This document shows, piece after piece, positions 58,501 through 64,000 of a stretch of DNA of 64,000 bases. Location: assembly GCA_048128005.1 (NCBI GenBank), contig JBEUKZ010000077.1, positions 1 to 64,000 on the forward strand, read 5' to 3'. The notes beneath the pieces are model-generated. The model was not told the DNA's origin, did not search any database, and saw only the letters and a list, made by a program, of their open reading frames with translations. Origin of the DNA: Veleropilina oligotropha (lineage: Eukaryota). The translations under genes and the position numbers were made by a program. How positions within the stretch are numbered: position 1 is the first letter of the stretch; each line of letters opens with the position of its first letter.

Positions 58501-61500
58501 TTTCACTAGCCCGATTGTGATACCCATTCCCCGCGGTCTGATCTGCAATGTTTCACTAGCCCAGTTGTGATACCCATTCCCCGCTGTCTGATTTGCAATG
58601 TTTCACTAGCCCAATTGTGATACCCATTCCCCGCGGTCTGATTTATAATGTTTCACTAGCCCGATTGTGATACCCATTCCCCGCGGTCTGATCTGCAATG
58701 TTTCACTAGCCCAGTTGTGATATCCATTCCCCGCGGTCTGATTTGCAATGTTTCACTAGCCCGATTGTGATACCCATTCCCCGCGGTCTGATCTGCAATG
58801 TTTCACTAGCCCAGTTGTGATATCCATTCCCCGCAGTCTGATTTGCAATGTTTCACTAGCCCAATTGTGATACCCATTCCCCGCGGTCTGATCTGCAATG
58901 TTTCACTAGCCCAGTTGTGATACCCATTCCCCGCGGTCTGATTTATAATGTTTCACTAGCCCGATTGTGATACCCATTCCCCGCGGTCTGATCTGCAATG
59001 TTTCACTAGCCCAGTTGTGATACCCATTCCCCGCGGTCTGATTTGCAATGTTTCACTAGCCCAATTGTGATACCCATTCCCCGCGGTCTGATTTATAATG
59101 TTTCACTAGCCCGATTGTGATACCCATTCCCCGCGGTCTGATCTGCAATGTTTCACTAGCCCAGTTGTGATATCCATTCCCCGCGGTCTGATTTGCAATG
59201 TTTCACTAGCCCAATTGTGATACCCATTCCCCGCGGTCTGATTTGCAATGTTTCACTAGCCCAGTTGTGATACCCATTCCCCGCGGTCTGATCTGCAATG
59301 TTTCACTAGCCCAGTTGTGATATCCATTCCCCGCGGTCTGATTTGCAATGTTTCACTAGCCCAATTGTGATACCCATTCCCCGCGGTCTGATCTGCAATG
59401 TTTCACTAGCCCAGTTGTGATACCCATTCCCCGCGGTCTGATTTATAATGTTTCACTAGCCCGATTGTGATACCCATTCCCCGCGGTCTGATCTGCAATG
59501 TTTCACTAGCCCAGTTGTGATACCCATTCCCCGCGGTCTGATTTGCAATGTTTCACTAGCCCAATTGTGATACCCATTCCCCGCGGTCTGATTTATAATG
59601 TTTCACTAGCCCGATTGTGATACCCATTCCCCGCGGTCTGATCTGCAATGTTTCACTAGCCCAGTTGTGATATCCATTCCCCGCGGTCTGATTTGCAATG
59701 TTTCACTAGCCCAATTGTGATACCCATTCCCCGCGGTCTGATTTGCAATGTTTCACTAGCCCAGTTGTGATACCCATTCCCCGCGGTCTGATCTGCAATG
59801 TTTCACTAGCCCGATTGTGATACCCATTCGCCGCGGTCTGATCTGCAATGTTTCACTAGCCCAATTGTGATACCCATTCCCCGCGGTCTGATTTGCTATG
59901 TTTCACTAGCCCAATTGTGATACCCATTCCCCGCGGTCTGATTTATAATGTTTCACTAGCCCGATTTTGATACCCATTCCCCGCGGTCTGATCTGAAATG
60001 TTTCACTAGCCCAGTTGTGATATCCATTCCCCGCGGTCTGATTTGCAATGTTTCACTAGCCCAATTGTGATACCCATTCCCCGCGGTCTGATGTATAATG
60101 TTTCACTAGCCCGATTGTGATACCCATTCCCTGCGGTCTGATCTGCAATGTTTCACTAGCCCAGTTGTGATACCCATTCCCTGCGGTCTGATCTGCAATG
60201 TTTCACTAGCCCGATTGTGATACCCATTCCCCGCGGTCTGATCTGCCCACCCTGAGCGACCACTAGCCCGATTGTGATACCCATTCCCCGCGGTCTGATC
60301 TGCCCACCCTGAGCGACCACTAGCTCGATTGTGATACCCATTCCCCGCGGTCTGATCTGCCCACCCTGAGCGACCAAAATCCATAGCATCATTTTTATGA
60401 CAATAACAAGATATTCTCTATTCATGACTAAAATGAGAATTAATCTTGCAGCCCGTACCTCCGACTCCTCGTGGAGATCGAGAAACACGTCCAGGTCGCA
60501 GCCACGTACTCCGAAGCCATTTACAGAAGATCCAAATGCGTGTAATGTGCAAGCTGTTATTGCAAAACAATACTCTATCAGTTTTATAATTTTGACGCAG
60601 TACTTGTAATCAGTATGTACTAAAATAATTCAGGAATCGTCACAAATCCAAACACAACAAAGTTTTGCCAGAGCCTAGAGACGATGTAACATGCATAGAT
60701 AGTATTAGATGATAATATTGATATAATGAGACAATATGACAGATAAATACCATTACTGCATAAGGGATAAATATACTCTGTTTAATGACAAAAATACATA
60801 ATGTAGTCTACATTACATCAAAGATGCTTATCAAGATAACTATATTTAGAAGCCAATTTCATTTCTCGGCCAATGAGAGAGCAGTATTTCTCGTCAATTA
60901 TTGCTGAAGACGGCACTTTGCAGGTCTATTGTTTGCGATGCCTTACCCATTATTAAGAATAGGGGTGACAGGTTGTAATGTTAATATGGATCTTCTTGAT
61001 ATATTGGTAAAAAAGCTAATTATTTTGTAATAAATATGTGTTTCGATAACATAAATAATTTAACAAATTAGATAATTATAAATAATTTGTGTGGAGAAAT
61101 GAAATTAGCTTCTAAGTCGGTTAGACGGCAGCTTGTAGACTCTTATCAAAAAGTAGTCTCGCCCTACGGGCTCGACTCCTATTTTGCTAAGACTCTCCAA
61201 TCCGCCATCTAACCTATACTTTGATTCTGTCGTATCGTGACACAAACACATTTCTATGTCTCACCAATTTAATATACAACATCACAACAATACATTGTAC
61301 ACGTCAAACAACGAGGAAGGCACTCACATCAGTCCCGCACTGAATAACAATTTTAAGTAATCTATTATTAGCCTCACCAATTATCACATATAAAAAATAT
61401 AATAATACAGGTATCCTGTATCATGTGAATATTTTACTTTTCAGTTGCAACAAAACTTGCCCTCATAAAAAAGGTATGTCTTCTGATAATGACACATGTT

Positions 61501-61657
61501 TAGTTCGATTAAATGATTTAAATGACAAAATTATTAAGGTACCTGGAAAGTATTGACACAGAATATTTTGTAGAGATCGGCAAATCATTATGCGACTACT
61601 GTGATCCTCAGTAGACAGGGAAACCTCAGCAACCAGACATCTCATCTGTTCACTGAC
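42363..61657 (-). CDS. TUT1: TUT1 / Star-PAP (U6 snRNA terminal uridylyltransferase), 3' portion; 5' exons outside the window
   Basis: Exons 61657-61543, 60553-60459, 56721-56462, 54647-54418, 45699-45610, 44786-44644, 43583-42363, all in phase. NTase motif FGSSVNGFGVRGCDLDVFLD; PVVRF.H..TGLKCDLSINNRLAL.NS; GPRLTNYALTMLVVFYLQ; GWDCSF; nucleotide-recognition loop IQDPFVLNHNVAGNV; long C-terminal tail. Confidence 0.88.
43885..44297. mobile_element. PIF/Harbinger-like MITE
   Basis: aggccacc..cacg / cgtg..ggtggcct termini; tta / tga flanks. Confidence 0.55.
44644..44786 (-). CDS. TUT1: TUT1 exon ELLEGFFGFYSAFNFDTSVICPKTG
   Basis: PAP-associated domain pattern. Confidence 0.9.
45610..45699 (-). 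CDS. TUT1: TUT1 exon ..IIEGWDCSF..PSENT
   Basis: GWDCSF motif; in phase. Confidence 0.88.
45870..46058 (+). mobile_element. Long-hairpin element, 5' part; its body resumes at ~52539-52920
   Basis: Hairpin 45870-46012; collinear with the inverted copy at 52930-53545. Confidence 0.7.
46060..46320 (+). mobile_element. tRNA-derived SINE (family A)
   Basis: High similarity to 31412-31662; (CCT)n tail. Confidence 0.88.
47303..47992 (+). CDS. Intronless 229-aa ORF with two N-terminal C2H2 zinc fingers, nested antisense in a TUT1 intron
   Basis: FSCNICDRTYKCRSSLYRHQQIH and FICEFCRYPFTRSDSRIDHLLTAH; pyrimidine tract plus CAG at 47291; AATAAA near 48006. Confidence 0.6.
   Translation: MFSCNICDRTYKCRSSLYRHQQIHRKISFICEFCRYPFTRSDSRIDHLLTAHSTRTVRAHTTGTTIPVANATTHVQPDITPTIATGSDAPVHVLESPSPYSSPKASAPEADISTSFLDLLTENNIIICPDTEELPSDHARQNSIEPNNFDFIESIISDAKHRFTAPQMLQPNGSTSPFINATDNLNTLPTIWQWRGHTPLEGTHRSLQSMTKNIRSAIAVSKFIAKNLK
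48226..48380. repeat. Degenerate ~11-bp repeat (accggatacac)
   Basis: Short visible periodicity. Confidence 0.8.
48595..50032 (+). mobile_element. HINE / Helentron-associated (pearl-like) non-autonomous element
   Basis: Subterminal inverted repeat tatacgcccgt (48618) / acgggcgtata (50018); 3' hairpin; internal tandem blocks and (GGAC)n microsatellite; A-rich flanks. Confidence 0.8.
50036..52539 (+). mobile_element. 5'-truncated, disabled non-LTR retrotransposon (CR1/L2-type LINE)
   Basis: APE C-terminus (IDHVY..SDHYP); RT motifs NYRPISIL, QSGFR, DFKKAFDLVDH, QGSILGP; YADD broken by an extra AT at ~51485; frameshift at ~50480; stop at 52065; 3' stem-loop, AATAAA and (TAT)n tail. Confidence 0.93.
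52930..53545 (-). mobile_element. Long-hairpin element, inverted sister copy
   Basis: Reverse complement of 52540-52920 plus 45870-46058. Confidence 0.7.
53955..54158 (-). mobile_element. tRNA-derived SINE (second family)
   Basis: Minus strand reads tggacgagtgg (A box) ... gggttcaagccc (B box), then a tail ending cgttaaacatca. Confidence 0.6.
54239..54446 (-). repeat. 52-bp tandem repeat (4 copies) spanning a TUT1 exon end and donor
   Basis: cttacc at 54257, 54309, 54361 and 54413. Confidence 0.95.
54418..54647 (-). CDS. TUT1: TUT1 exon LALQNS...LTNYALTMLVVFYLQ..PPVLP
   Basis: Non-canonical PAP/TUTase fingers motif. Confidence 0.92.
54809..55240. repeat. 15-bp minisatellite (actagcactcactcc)
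   Basis: Visible periodicity. Confidence 0.96.
55569..55878. repeat. 33-bp minisatellite (~9 units)
   Basis: cacatcattatcacacatccttaacctgtaacc. Confidence 0.96.
55971..56439. repeat. 36-bp minisatellite (~13 units)
   Basis: cacaacgccacccagttgttgacagacacacatcta. Confidence 0.96.
56462..56721 (-). CDS. TUT1: TUT1 exon ...RCPVVRFVHQLTGLKCDLSINNR
   Basis: Third catalytic Asp (CDLS); canonical splice sites. Confidence 0.92.
56944..60376. repeat. 50-bp satellite (~68 units; the last three units are a 57-bp variant)
   Basis: ctagcccaattgtgatacccattccccgcggtctgatctgcaatgtttca. Confidence 0.98.
60459..60553 (-). CDS. TUT1: TUT1 catalytic exon (FGSSVNGFG..GCDLD)
   Basis: Pol-beta-type nucleotidyltransferase GS...DxD motif. 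Confidence 0.92.
60846..61222 (-). mobile_element. Long-hairpin non-autonomous element
   Basis: Hairpin ~61115-61222; inverted repeat ttagaagccaatttcatttctc / gagaaatgaaattagcttctaa. Confidence 0.6.
61543..61657 (-). CDS. TUT1: TUT1 exon VSEQMRCLV...LCQYFP
   Basis: Canonical splice sites; precedes the catalytic motif. Confidence 0.85.
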
Positions 61658-62078
61658 CTGGAAGCAGTGCAGAGCATGTTAACAATGCAATCTCTATCTA
61701 ATCATACTTCACAGTTTCAGGTAACAGCATTTTTTCAGAGATTGGATGTGAATCTGTGATATAGCTGGTTGCAAATTTTCACATTCACAAAGATTTATCT
61801 TACCTTTTATACATAATATACTGTTATGTATAAAAACACTGGTTACTTCTGATTCAAAGCACCAATTGCTATTAGTGAATAAATTAATTTAATCAATAAA
61901 TATAATGTGGATACAGTCATGAACTTGTTTTACAAAATGGGGAAGATTTCAAATTAATATCATACGGAGAGAATTACATGCGATATAGTTTTACTATATA
62001 TGACTGAAAAAAGTTCAATTACTTGTGATAAAATATACTGCTTACACATGATTGCATGGACATTTAATAATCCACATT

Positions 62079-63477
62079 ACATAACTACTGCTGACAGAGT
62101 GACCCACATAACTACTGCTGACAGAGTGACCCACATAACTACTGCTGATAGAGTGACCCACATAACTACTGCTGACAGAGTGACCCACATAACTACTGCT
62201 GATAGAGTGACCCACATAACTACTGCTGACAGAGTGACCCACATAACTACTGCTGATAGTGACCCACATAACTACTGCTGATAGAGTGACCCACATCACT
62301 ACTGCTGACAGAGTGACCCACATAACTACTGCTGATAGAGTGACCTACATAACTACTGCTGACAGAGTGACCCACATAACTACTGCTGATAGAGTGACCC
62401 ACATTACTGCTGATAAAGTGACCCACATAACTACTGCTGATAGAGTGACCCACATAACTACTGCTGATAGAGTGACCCACATAACTACTGTTGATAGAGT
62501 GACTTACATAACTACTGCTGATAGAGTGACCCACATAACTACTGCTGATAGAGTGACCCACATAACTACTTCTGACAGAGTGACCCACATAACTACTGCT
62601 GACAGAGTGACCCACATAACTACTGTTGATAGAGTGACCCACATAACTACTGCTGATAGAGTGACCCGCATAACTACTGCTGATTGAGTGACCCACATAA
62701 CTACTGTTGATAGAGTGACCCACATAACTACTGTTGACAGAGTGACCCACATAACTACTGCTGACAGAGTGACCCACATAACTACTGCTGACAGAGTGAC
62801 CCACATAACTACTGCTGATAGAGTGACCCACATAACTACTGCTGACAGAGTGACCCACATAACTACTGCTGATAGAGTGACCCACATAACTACTGCTGAT
62901 AGAGTGACCCACACAACTACTGCTGATAGAGTGACCCACATAACTACTGCTGATAGAGTGACCCACATAACTACTGCTGACAGAGTGACCCACGTAACTA
63001 CTGCTGACAGAGTGACCCACATAACTACTGCTGACAGTGACCCACATAACTACTGCTGATAGAGTGACCCACATAACTACTGCTGATAGTGACCCACATA
63101 ACTACTGCTGATAGAGTGACCCACATAACTACTGCTGATAGAGTGACCCACATAACTACTGCTGATAGAGTGACCCACATAACTACTGCAGACAGAGTGA
63201 CCCACATAACTACTACTGACAGAGTGACCCACATAACTACTGCTGACAGAGTGACCCACATAACTACTGCTGATAGAGTGACCCACATAACTACTGCTGA
63301 CAGAGTGACCCACATAACTACTGTTGATATAGTGACCCACATAACTACTGCTGATAGAGTGACCCACATAACTACTATTGATAGAGTGACCCACATAACT
63401 ACTGCTGATAGAGTGACCCACATAACTACTGCTGATAGAGTGACCCACATAACTACTGCTGACAGAGTGACCCACAC
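62079..63477. repeat. 27-bp minisatellite (~52 units); inverted copies at 63843-63952
   Basis: acataactactgctgatagagtgaccc. Confidence 0.98.
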
Positions 63478-64000
63478 ACATCCAGACAACTGACCTCTTC
63501 ATCAACACACAATATCACTCAAAAAAGAAAATATTTGAATGATCAAATGGAGTACAATGGAGATGGAAACTATCAATGGTGAAAAAACACTCCGAGAAAT
63601 AAAGCACATCTCGACTTGAACCCACTAATCCATGCCGCTCAGATAAATCATAATAAAAGACCATCAACTTAATATTTATCTAATTATTTGAAATGAATGG
63701 ATGAAAGAAAGGATGTTTATGGAACAGAACAGCATTTTTTCGGTCTTAATCAGGTCGATTATTTTTGTTGTTTAATGAATGACCACTATGCTGCAGGAAC
63801 AAAGTACATGCAGAATTTTCCAGCAAACGTGAAGATCAAACTCAGCAGTAGTTATGTGGGTCACTCTATCAGCAGTAGTTATGTGGGTCACTCTGTCAGC
63901 AGTAGTTATGTGGGTCACTCTGTCAGTAGTAGTTATGTGGGTCACTCTGTCATCACACTACGATATTTATTGCTAAATAGTGACTTAGACAAAAGACAAT

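Noticed and set aside
62000..63508. THITTADRV / SSSYVGHSI repeat proteins
   Set aside because: Translations of the 27-bp minisatellite

Overview
Eukaryotic, AT-rich, intron-rich animal DNA; the repeat types suggest a mollusc or other lophotrochozoan (inference). Two genes converge tail to tail. (1) Plus strand, 301-38578 (or 40161): a 24-25-exon gene of about 1080 aa. I assembled it with canonical splice sites and continuous reading phase. It joins two DZANK1-like blocks (no zinc ribbons, no ankyrin repeats) and a Lys/Glu/Pro linker to TWO complete annexin cores (8 repeats). The two cores have identical exon lengths, which points to an internal genomic duplication. (2) Minus strand, 42363-61657: the 3' part of TUT1/Star-PAP (U6 terminal uridylyltransferase); its 5' exons lie beyond the window. 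The introns hold about 12 minisatellite arrays, several anchored on splice sites and one built from a tRNA-SINE head. They also hold tRNA-derived SINEs, a decayed CR1/L2-type LINE, HINE/Helentron-like elements, MITEs, an antisense-nested two-finger C2H2 ORF, and a set of sequence-unrelated long-hairpin elements that share a tandem GA/GA mismatch next to the loop. The very long ORFs in the ORF track are satellite artefacts.
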